DNA from: an uncultured archaeon
Lineage (GTDB): Archaea; Asgardarchaeota; Heimdallarchaeia; Heimdallarchaeales; Heimdallarchaeaceae
NCBI GenBank assembly: GCA_964549075.1
Contig: CAZJUB010000024.1
Span: 1-35,652, forward strand
Length of the DNA: 35,652 nt
Direction: 5' to 3'
Below are positions 1-7,296 of the stretch, piece by piece. Below the pieces are notes generated by a model that saw only the letters and a program-made list of their open reading frames with translations, did not search any database and was not told the DNA's origin. Position 1 is the first letter of the stretch, and every line of letters begins with the position of its first letter. The translations under genes were made by a program, and so were the position numbers.

Positions 1-1
1 A

Positions 2-1642
2 GGACATACATTCTTTGGTAGAGGAAATATCAAGGAAGCTCTTGTTAATTCTAAATATGTAATTAATCAGCGTTTCAAAACACAAAGAATCGAACATGCT
101 TTTATGGAAGTTGAGAGTTCATTAGCATTCCCGACTGAAAAAGGAGTTCACGTTTACAGTCAAGGTCTAGGAGTTCATGAAGATCAGCGTCAAATAGCTG
201 AAGTACTTGGATTAAAGACAGATAATGTAATTGTAGAACTAGTACAAAATGGAGGGGCTTTTGGAGGTAAAGAAGATCTTTCTTGTCAAGCTCAAACTGC
301 TGTAGCAGCTTATCTCTTAAAGAAACCTGTTAAAACTGTCCTTACAAGAGAGCAATCCCTTAGATTACACCCTAAACGTCATCCTATGACAATGGATTAT
401 GAAGTAGGTGCAGATGAGAACGGAAAACTTACAGCTGTAAGAATAAAATTAATAGCTGATACTGGAGCTTATGCTTCAGTTGGTGCAAAAGTCGTTGAAC
501 GAGCAGCAGGACATTGTTGTGGTCCCTATTATGTTCCAAATGTTGATGTAGATGCGAAGGCAGTTTATACTAATAATGTTCCCTGTGGTGCGATGCGAGG
601 TTTTGGTGTAAATCAAACATCATTCGCTATCGAGTCTTGTCTTAATATGATTGTTGAAAAAATGAAACAAGATGGAAAGGAAATAGATGAATTTGACATA
701 AGAGAGATGAATATACTTAGAGAAGGAGAGAGGTTTGCCACAGGTCAGAAAATGACCAAAACTATTCGTGGGATGCAATTATGTTTAGATGCTATTAGAG
801 ATATCTACAAGAATTCTAATGTTCCAACTGGTATTGCTTGTGGTATTAAAAATACAGGTATTGGAAACGGTTTAGAAGATACTGGAAGAGTGCTAATTAA
901 AGTTCTAGAAAATGAGCAATTGGAAATTCTAACAGGGTTCACAGAGATGGGCCAAGGATTGTTTACAATCTTGACTCAAGTAGTTTCAGAACTAACAGAC
1001 ATTCCTACCTCTCAAATGAGGGTAAAATCAATCAGTTATCCCACAACTAAATGTGGAATGACAACCGCTTCTAGAGCAACAGGATTAGATTCTATGGCAG
1101 CAAAACATGCTGCTGAAAAACTCGCAGAAGCTCTACAAACAAAATCACTAAAAGAATTAGCAGGGGAAGAATTCCATGGGGAGTATATAACAAATTTTAC
1201 TGTAAAACCAGGAACTAAGATAGATAATCCTGTTACTCACCTAGCTTTTAGTTATGCGGTTCAAATAGCTTTTCTAGATGAAAAAGGTAATCTTAAAAAA
1301 ATCATAGCTGTCCACGATGTTGGAAGAGCTATTAATCCGATGGCTGTTGCAGGACAGATAGAAGGGGGAGTGCATATGGGTCTTGGTCATACACTTTCTG
1401 AACACTTTAAGTATACTAATAGTTTTCCAGATTCTTTGAAACTTAGAGATTTACAGATAATCAAAGCTAGGGATACTCCTGAGGTTGAAGTTATAATTGT
1501 TGAAGAGCCAGAAGAAATTCTAGGTTTTGGTTCAAAAGGTATCGGTGAGATTGGATTGGTTCCAACTGCAGGAGCAGTAACTGGAGCTTATCATAATTAT
1601 GATGGAAAGTGGAGAACTGAACTTCCTATAGCTAGAAAATGA
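2..1642 (+). CDS. Xanthine dehydrogenase-family molybdopterin-binding subunit (resembles Se-dependent Xdh); 5'-truncated by the window edge
   Basis: The frame is open from nt 2 (GHTFFGRGNI...TQRIEHAFMEVE), so the true start lies upstream of the window. Motifs GGAFGGKED, DTGAYAS, GAMRGFG, EMGQG, TTASR, HDVGRAINP-GQIEGG and KGIGE (catalytic Glu) are those of Mo-hydroxylase large subunits. Confidence 0.93.
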   Translation, partial: GHTFFGRGNIKEALVNSKYVINQRFKTQRIEHAFMEVESSLAFPTEKGVHVYSQGLGVHEDQRQIAEVLGLKTDNVIVELVQNGGAFGGKEDLSCQAQTAVAAYLLKKPVKTVLTREQSLRLHPKRHPMTMDYEVGADENGKLTAVRIKLIADTGAYASVGAKVVERAAGHCCGPYYVPNVDVDAKAVYTNNVPCGAMRGFGVNQTSFAIESCLNMIVEKMKQDGKEIDEFDIREMNILREGERFATGQKMTKTIRGMQLCLDAIRDIYKNSNVPTGIACGIKNTGIGNGLEDTGRVLIKVLENEQLEILTGFTEMGQGLFTILTQVVSELTDIPTSQMRVKSISYPTTKCGMTTASRATGLDSMAAKHAAEKLAEALQTKSLKELAGEEFHGEYITNFTVKPGTKIDNPVTHLAFSYAVQIAFLDEKGNLKKIIAVHDVGRAINPMAVAGQIEGGVHMGLGHTLSEHFKYTNSFPDSLKLRDLQIIKARDTPEVEVIIVEEPEEILGFGSKGIGEIGLVPTAGAVTGAYHNYDGKWRTELPIARK

Positions 1643-1650
1643 ATATTAAA

Positions 1651-1666
1651 TAAAAAAAGAGAGAGA
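1651..1666 (-). terminator. Probable oligo-T terminator for carbamate kinase, between convergent genes
   Basis: The plus-strand A run reads TCTCTCTCTTTTTTT on the minus strand immediately after the arcC stop. Confidence 0.45.
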
Positions 1667-2623
1667 TTAAGGAACGATTTTGGTTCCTGTTTCACCTTTT
1701 AAGGCTCTACTGATGTTTTCTGGATTAGTAATTAAGGCTTCTTTACCACCATTTTCTAAGAATTTGATGATAGCTCGAATTTTAGGTTCCATAGAACCTT
1801 TAGCAAAGTGTATCCCTTCAGCTAAGTATTTCTTTGCTTCTGCTAGAGTCATTTGATCTAATTCTATTTGGTTTGGTTTTCCGAAATTCAAAGAAACTTT
1901 CTCAACAGCTGTTGAAATAAGAAGTAAGTCTGCATCAATTTTAGTAGCTAAGAATGAAGAAGCAAAATCTTTGTCAATGACAGCAGCAGTACCTTTTACA
2001 CCTTCATCTGTAAGAATAACAGGTATACCTCCACCACCGACGGTGATTGTAATAATTCCAGCATTGATAAGAGTCTTCACTGCTTCTAATTCCATTATTT
2101 CTACAGGTATCGGCGAAGCAACGACTCTACGCCAACCTCTTCCAGAATCTTCAACTACATTCCATCCTAAATCTTCTTTTCTTTTATTAGCCTCATCTGC
2201 ATCCATGAAACCTCCGATAGGTTTAGTTGGAGTTTGGAACGCAGGATCGTTAGGATCTACTCTTACTTGTGTAACAATAGTTGCTACAGATTTGTTGATT
2301 CCTCGTCTTTTGAGTTCATTTTGAAGGTTCTGTTGAAGAGCATAACCTATAGCTCCTTGAGTATCAGCTCCGCAAGCATCGAGAGGTACTTCGTGCATAC
2401 CTTCAACTTTGTGAGCAATCTCACTTCGTCGCAAGATAAAACCGACTTGAGGACCATTACCATGACCTATAGCAATATCCCAACCTTCTTCAATCATATC
2501 AACTAAATGATAAGCAGTTTCTTTAGCTGCCTTATATTGATCTTCTACAGTCTGGTGTTGCTTATCTTTGATGAGAGAATTTCCTCCAATAGCAACAACA
2601 GCAACTTTCTTTTGTACTGACAT
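1667..2623 (-). CDS. arcC: Carbamate kinase
   Basis: VVAIGGNSL, HGNGPQVG, TQGAIGY, PTKPIG, EDSGRGWRRVVASP, GGGGIPV, AVIDKDFAS, GSMEPKI, GETGT. ATG at 2623 preferred; GTG at 2632 is the alternative. Confidence 0.96.
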   Translation of the reverse strand: MSVQKKVAVVAIGGNSLIKDKQHQTVEDQYKAAKETAYHLVDMIEEGWDIAIGHGNGPQVGFILRRSEIAHKVEGMHEVPLDACGADTQGAIGYALQQNLQNELKRRGINKSVATIVTQVRVDPNDPAFQTPTKPIGGFMDADEANKRKEDLGWNVVEDSGRGWRRVVASPIPVEIMELEAVKTLINAGIITITVGGGGIPVILTDEGVKGTAAVIDKDFASSFLATKIDADLLLISTAVEKVSLNFGKPNQIELDQMTLAEAKKYLAEGIHFAKGSMEPKIRAIIKFLENGGKEALITNPENISRALKGETGTKIVP

Positions 2624-2752
2624 AGGTATCACATTCCAATTATTATGAGTTTAAATATTTCGTTTTTAGACATAATTGTTATACTCTATAGAAATACAAT
2701 CATTCAAATTAAGATATCTTTTTATATTTTCGAAGGTAAGTGTATATTTGAA

Positions 2753-3133
2753 ATGAATGATGTTTTCTGCCCTAAATGTGGAAAGATACACACATCAGCA
2801 AACAGACACTGTGATCACTGTGGCGAGGATCTTGAATTCGTTATTTTAAAATTTAAACAAAAACACCTTCCAGTAAAATATCAAGTAGAACCTCCTCCAT
2901 TGGATGAAGATAAAGCTACAAAAATTGAAAAAAATATCTCAGAATATATTAAAACAGAAACAGAACTTGAAGAATATGATATCCTCCCTGAAAATCTAAC
3001 TAGACAGCCTTTAACAAACACATATACCCAAGCTGCACAAATTCAAACAACAGGGAGATTACAAGGCGATTCTCAAAGAATAAAGTTACAACGAAAGAAA
3101 GATCCATGGTGGTTTGATTGTTTATGCTGGTAA
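2753..3133 (+). CDS. Zinc-ribbon protein with Cys/Trp-rich C-terminal tail
   Basis: MNDVFCPKCG...CDHCG (CxxC-x10-CxxC) at the N-terminus and ...RKKDPWWFDCLCW* at the end. The ORF-track extension from 2645 crosses AT-rich promoter-like DNA, so ATG 2753 is preferred. Confidence 0.75.
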   Translation: MNDVFCPKCGKIHTSANRHCDHCGEDLEFVILKFKQKHLPVKYQVEPPPLDEDKATKIEKNISEYIKTETELEEYDILPENLTRQPLTNTYTQAAQIQTTGRLQGDSQRIKLQRKKDPWWFDCLCW

Positions 3134-3228
3134 ATAGTTCAATGTTACTCTAAATGTAGAAAATCCTCTGAAAAATTCTTCCGAGATAATTAAAGATTTG
3201 AAACTCCAAAGTTAAGTAAACTATCAAA

Positions 3229-3246
3229 TGTGTTAAAATTTACACA
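3229..3246. promoter_or_regulatory. Imperfect palindrome, possible operator upstream of the methyltransferase gene
   Basis: TGTGTTAAAATTTACACA matches its reverse complement at 14/18 positions and lies ~35 nt before ATG 3282. Confidence 0.3.
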
Positions 3247-3281
3247 AGTACTTACTTCAGTGTTCATGTTCTGTAGTACTC

Positions 3282-4172
3282 ATGAAAAATGAAAATCTAA
3301 TAACTATATCAAAGATTGTAGAAAAAATCTTGCTTATACCCTCTTTAATATGGATCTATTCACCTATTATTGCAGGTATTTTATTTGCAATGGTATGGAT
3401 GTTTCCAGCAGCTTTTACATCTTGGTGGTTATTTGCTTTCTTAGGTCAGAAAGGTTGGTTGTTAGGAGTAATTGCTGTTGATGATTTGATGATAGCTCTT
3501 ATTATTGTTGAGTTTATAATTTTTGGAATTGGATTTTGTCTGTTTGTTTGGGGATTAGCTCTTATAGCTAAAGCCAAGATCAAAAAAACAGGATTAGTAA
3601 AGACTGGTCTCTATAAATTCATAAGACATCCTCAACATCTAGGTATAATCTTAATGTCATTATGTATCTCTCTCTATATTCCTTGGTCTAAAGATGATTT
3701 CATAAGAATAGGAGAAATTGTCTCTTGGTCATTTTTTTCATTAGTTTTGATAGTAATGTCAGATTTTGAAGATAAGAGATTATCAGAAAAATTTGGGGAG
3801 GAATTCGACCAATACATGGCATCAACAGGATTTTTCTTTCCAAGAATTATAAGGAAAGATAAGAAAAGAAAAACAGTTTACGAGACAAAATATTGGAGGA
3901 GATACTTATTTTTAGGGGTAGGCTATTTAACTTTCGTATCCTTAATCAGTCTAATAACCTATATCTTAGAACTTCCACAAGTAGATATTGTAAGAAAATT
4001 ATTTGACTTCTTATCCAAAGAGTTCTGGTATTTCAACATTATAGGTCTGATATTAATTGCTGGAACTATAATGCTCAATAGATATATAAAAAGAAGAAAA
4101 TTAAAAACAGATGAGGAAGTTGAATACCAAGAATTTCAAAATCCTCAGACTAACTCATTAACTGACTCATAA
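3282..4172 (+). CDS. Integral membrane methyltransferase, ICMT/Ste14/PEMT family
   Basis: Multiple TM helices, LVKTGLYKFIRHPQHLG (RHPxY-type motif with Y to H) and EDKRLSEKFGEEFDQYMASTGFFFP, plus two extra C-terminal TM segments. Confidence 0.85.
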   Translation: MKNENLITISKIVEKILLIPSLIWIYSPIIAGILFAMVWMFPAAFTSWWLFAFLGQKGWLLGVIAVDDLMIALIIVEFIIFGIGFCLFVWGLALIAKAKIKKTGLVKTGLYKFIRHPQHLGIILMSLCISLYIPWSKDDFIRIGEIVSWSFFSLVLIVMSDFEDKRLSEKFGEEFDQYMASTGFFFPRIIRKDKKRKTVYETKYWRRYLFLGVGYLTFVSLISLITYILELPQVDIVRKLFDFLSKEFWYFNIIGLILIAGTIMLNRYIKRRKLKTDEEVEYQEFQNPQTNSLTDS

Positions 4173-4334
4173 ACTGCTCTACGCAATGATTCCTCTCTTG
4201 GATCAACAAGTTGAGCAACAAGCAGCTCCTAGCTCGTTTCGTTTTTTAAAATTATTAACAAAAACTTTCTTCACTGCTTCAAATTCAGATTTAACAAAAC
4301 CTGATATGGAGGAATTATTTGTAATCTGAATCAC
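4145..4334 (-). pseudogene. Internally deleted beta-lactamase-fold serine hydrolase (EstA/AmpC-like) remnant
   Basis: After GAGGTGA (4337-4331) the minus strand reads ITNNSSISGFVKSEFEAVKKVFVNNFKKRNELGAACC, a typical N-terminus of this family. It then shifts frame into QLVDPREESLRRAVYESVNELV*, resembling the family's DPR..LR.A.Y C-terminus. The catalytic SxxK core is absent. Confidence 0.7.
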
Positions 4335-4514
4335 CTCATTTTGATATACTATTGTTTTGAAATAGTCAATTCAGCTAGTGTTTAAAATATTTAAGTATAT
4401 TGGAGTAACACCAAAATAGATTGGAAACAAACCAAAAGTATTGAAAACTATAAAATTATACGTCATTAAAAAAGATTAAAGCTTTGAAATAAAAGATTAA
4501 GGGATTAAAATACT

Positions 4515-4550
4515 CTATCTCATTGTTAAAGCCATTACAGCTTTTTGTGC
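4515..4550 (-). repeat. Diverged duplicate of the last 12 codons of the YgeW-like gene (partner copy 4944-4979)
   Basis: Both copies encode AQKAVMALTMR*. They are 30/36 nt identical and all 6 differences are synonymous. The adjacent downstream AT-rich flank is also similar. Confidence 0.9.
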
Positions 4551-4560
4551 CAAGAAAGGA

Positions 4561-4815
4561 TCATCTTCTTGAGATAAATCTTTTTCCATACTTTTTATTT
4601 AATAAAAGCAATATTATCGATATGACTACTATAATAGATAATGAAATGAGAATAACTTTGAGATAAAGAGGCATCGTTGGTGTTTCATTTGTAGGAGTAA
4701 TATTATTATCAAAAGTCAGAATATACGTTTGATCTGTTGTTAAATTAAAGAAATCTATAATTATAATTCTTAATTCATGTTCTCCATCGACATATTGCGT
4801 AGTATTAACATTGTT
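4561..4815 (-). pseudogene. C-terminal fragment of a membrane-anchored cell-surface protein
   Basis: Open frame with no upstream ATG: NVNTTQYVDGEHELRIIIIDFFNLTTDQTYILTFDNNITPTNETPTMPLYLKVILISLSIIVVISIILLLLNKKYGKRFISRR*. This reads as the end of an Ig-like domain, a T/P linker, a TM helix and a basic tail. An in-frame stop lies near 4891. Confidence 0.7.
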
Positions 4816-4943
4816 AAACCTAAATAAAATAAAAAAGTTATTTAAAATTTGCGAAAAAAAATAGAATTTATTATTACATCTTATTATAGATCACAAGTAT
4901 TAATTATTTATCTGAAAAATAAAAATTAGAAGGACTATAAATC

Positions 4944-5924
4944 CTATCTCATAGTAAGAGCCATAACTGCTTTCTGTGCATGCATCCTGTTTTCAGCTTG
5001 ATCAAAAACCACAGATTGAGGTCCATCCATAACTTCGCTGGTTACTTCTACATCTCTATCAGCTGGTAAGGGGTGCATGTAAATAGCGTCTTTGTGTGTT
5101 AAAGCCATTTTCTTAGAATCGGTTATCCAGTTCTTATATTTATCTTGGATTTTTTTACCTTCTTCAGGATCATTAGTTGTTAGTAGAGGTCCCCAAGATT
5201 TAGCATAGACAATTTCTGCATCTTTGAATCCTTCTTCCATAGAATCAACAACTTCAAAGTTACTACCATATTTATCAGCTTGTTCTTGTGCTTGTTTCAT
5301 AATCTCTGGCATCAACTTGAATTCAGGAGGATGAGCTAATGTCACATCTAATCCAAATCGCGGCATCTGTAGAATCAATGATTGTGGAACAGAAATTGGT
5401 TTGAGATAGGAGGAAGCATAAGCCCACGAAACAACCATCTTCTTTCCTTTAAGGTTCTTACCTTTTTTCTCCATGATAGTCATAAGATCAGCTAAGCATT
5501 GATGAGGATGATAGATATCACACTGCATATTCAAAACAGGTGAGCGAGATGCGGAAGCAACGTTGTTGATGTATTTGTTGCCTATTCCCCAATCACAGTG
5601 GCGGATGGCAATTCCATCAAAGTATCTACCGAGAATTTCTCCAAGTTCTTTTTCTGTATCACCATGAGAGACTTGAGTAGTTCTACTTTCAATAAAAGCA
5701 GCATGACCACCTAGTTGAGCCATCCCAGAGTCAAAGGAAGCTCGAGTACGAGTGCTGGAGAAGAAGAACAACATAGCAAGTGTTTTATCTTTCAGATAAG
5801 AATGTTGCTCACCAAGAGCTCGTTTTTTCTTCAAATCCCAAGCTACTTCAAGGATTGTTTCTACTTCTTCTTTTGTAAAATCTAGGTCGCCAATTAAGTC
5901 GCGACCTCTAAAATCAGATTGCAT
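4944..5924 (-). CDS. Carbamoyltransferase, YgeW-like (OTCase superfamily)
   Basis: SSTRTRASF, HPHQCLADL, MHPLPADR, FDQAENRMHAQKA. The segment WAYASSYLKPISVPQSL...RFGLDVTLAHP resembles YgeW (WAYSPSYGKPLSVPQ), and the OTCase SMG loop is replaced by YAKSWG. Confidence 0.85.
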   Translation of the reverse strand: MQSDFRGRDLIGDLDFTKEEVETILEVAWDLKKKRALGEQHSYLKDKTLAMLFFFSSTRTRASFDSGMAQLGGHAAFIESRTTQVSHGDTEKELGEILGRYFDGIAIRHCDWGIGNKYINNVASASRSPVLNMQCDIYHPHQCLADLMTIMEKKGKNLKGKKMVVSWAYASSYLKPISVPQSLILQMPRFGLDVTLAHPPEFKLMPEIMKQAQEQADKYGSNFEVVDSMEEGFKDAEIVYAKSWGPLLTTNDPEEGKKIQDKYKNWITDSKKMALTHKDAIYMHPLPADRDVEVTSEVMDGPQSVVFDQAENRMHAQKAVMALTMR

Positions 5925-5931
5925 TTTTTAA

Positions 5932-6888
5932 TCAACCTTCCTCTGCACCTAGTACCAAAGCAATTAGTGCCATTCTCATTACTACACCATAGAATCCTTC
6001 TTGCCAGTATCTTGCCCAACGGGTTTGATCTACTTCTGGTGGGATTTCATCCATTCTAGGCAAAGAGTGGAGTAAAATAGCGTCTGATTTAGCTTTTGTT
6101 TCTAGTAGTTCTTTAGTAATCTTAAATTCTGGTGGAGTAAGACCAACATCACCTTCACGTTCATCTCTCGATTTTGTATAATCAGGTTGAACTACAGGTT
6201 CAACTAGGATAACATCAGCATCTGCTATTACTTCTCGAACATCATCAGCTTCAGTAAAGTTCAAACCATTACGCTTGAAATCTTCTTTATATTCGTCAGG
6301 CATTTTCATGCCTTCTGGAGCTACAAATGTGATAGGACAATCAAATTGGGTGAGTGCATGACCAAGAGAGTGCATAGTTCGCATTCTCATATCTCCAACA
6401 GCTACCCACTTTAGACCGTCAATATGACCTTTTTCTTTAAGAACAGTATACAGATCTGTTAAAATCTGAGTCGGATGCTCGCCCCAACCATCTCCTCCGT
6501 TAATAATTGGGATGGAGACCCATTTAGCTGCTTCTTTTGGTGCACCCTTTTGGAAATGTCTCATAACTATAACATCTCCATAGTTTTCTAGCATCTTGAA
6601 AGTATCCTTAATAGATTCCATGTAGAAATCTCCTGCTCTGGTCATTTTAGCATCTGAGAAACCAGTCACTTTTCCTCCTAGTCTTAGCATGGCTGATTCA
6701 TGAGCTAATCGAGTTCTTGTTGAGGGTTGATAAAAAGCTGTGACCATTGTTTTATCTTTTAATAAATCAACATTCTTCCTGTTTCGAGCTATTGGTTCTA
6801 ATTTTCTTGCCACTTCGAAAATACGTTCAAATTCATGACGTTCAAAATCTCTTAATGAGATAATATCTCGACCTTTAAAACTTCTCAT
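5932..6888 (-). CDS. Aspartate carbamoyltransferase-like protein with non-canonical substrate site (pseudo-ATCase)
   Basis: FYQPSTRTR, ESIKDT, IVMRH, INGGDG-EHPTQILTDLYT, HSLPRMDEI. It lacks the canonical KGE and TRxQxER aspartate-binding motifs. Confidence 0.85.
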   Translation of the reverse strand: MRSFKGRDIISLRDFERHEFERIFEVARKLEPIARNRKNVDLLKDKTMVTAFYQPSTRTRLAHESAMLRLGGKVTGFSDAKMTRAGDFYMESIKDTFKMLENYGDVIVMRHFQKGAPKEAAKWVSIPIINGGDGWGEHPTQILTDLYTVLKEKGHIDGLKWVAVGDMRMRTMHSLGHALTQFDCPITFVAPEGMKMPDEYKEDFKRNGLNFTEADDVREVIADADVILVEPVVQPDYTKSRDEREGDVGLTPPEFKITKELLETKAKSDAILLHSLPRMDEIPPEVDQTRWARYWQEGFYGVVMRMALIALVLGAEEG

Positions 6889-7258
6889 AATTTATCGCCT
6901 TTATTAATAAAGTAATATTTTATCTAATTTTATAACTTGCTAATAATAACTTTTCTTTACAAGCTTTCTTTTAAGCTAACTTAACATGATTTCTTACCCA
7001 AAAACAGTGAAAATAACCGGTGAAAACCATTTTCTTCTTTTGCTTGTTGTCACTTCATTTTAATTTCAGATCATACGATTTGTACTATAAATCCATAGAA
7101 ATTTTCCACTACAAATAATATGAAGGCTATACTTATTGAAGTTACTTCAATATAATAATACCACAGTTATAACTATATTGTAGTGTCAAATAAAAACAGC
7201 TAATTGAAATACTTTTTTCTTTTTCAACATACATATAATTGAATAAATGTAGTAAACG

Positions 7259-7268
7259 TTATATATAT
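7259..7268 (+). promoter_or_regulatory. Candidate archaeal TATA box for hppA
   Basis: TTATATATAT preceded by purine-rich GTAAACG, ending ~29 nt before ATG 7297. Confidence 0.45.
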
Positions 7269-7296
7269 TTGATATTTCCTTAAGTAGGCGAAAATT

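Noticed and set aside
1640-1720. Selenocysteine readthrough of the Xdh TGA stop
   Set aside because: The protein ends at the normal family C-terminus and readthrough would run into the convergent arcC. Se-dependent Mo hydroxylases use a labile Se cofactor, not Sec.
2645-2752. ORF-track N-terminal extensions (also 9400-9438 and 17388-17432)
   Set aside because: They cross AT-rich promoter or terminator-like DNA; downstream ATGs give better domain or signal-peptide starts.
1667-5924. Arginine deiminase pathway (arcB + arcC)
   Set aside because: No arcA in the window, and the transcarbamylase has YgeW-type rather than OTCase (SMG) motifs.
5932-6888. Calling this pyrB, with 11100-12431 as pyrC
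   Set aside because: Aspartate-binding motifs are missing, there is no pyrI, and the amidohydrolase looks hydantoinase-like and is not adjacent.
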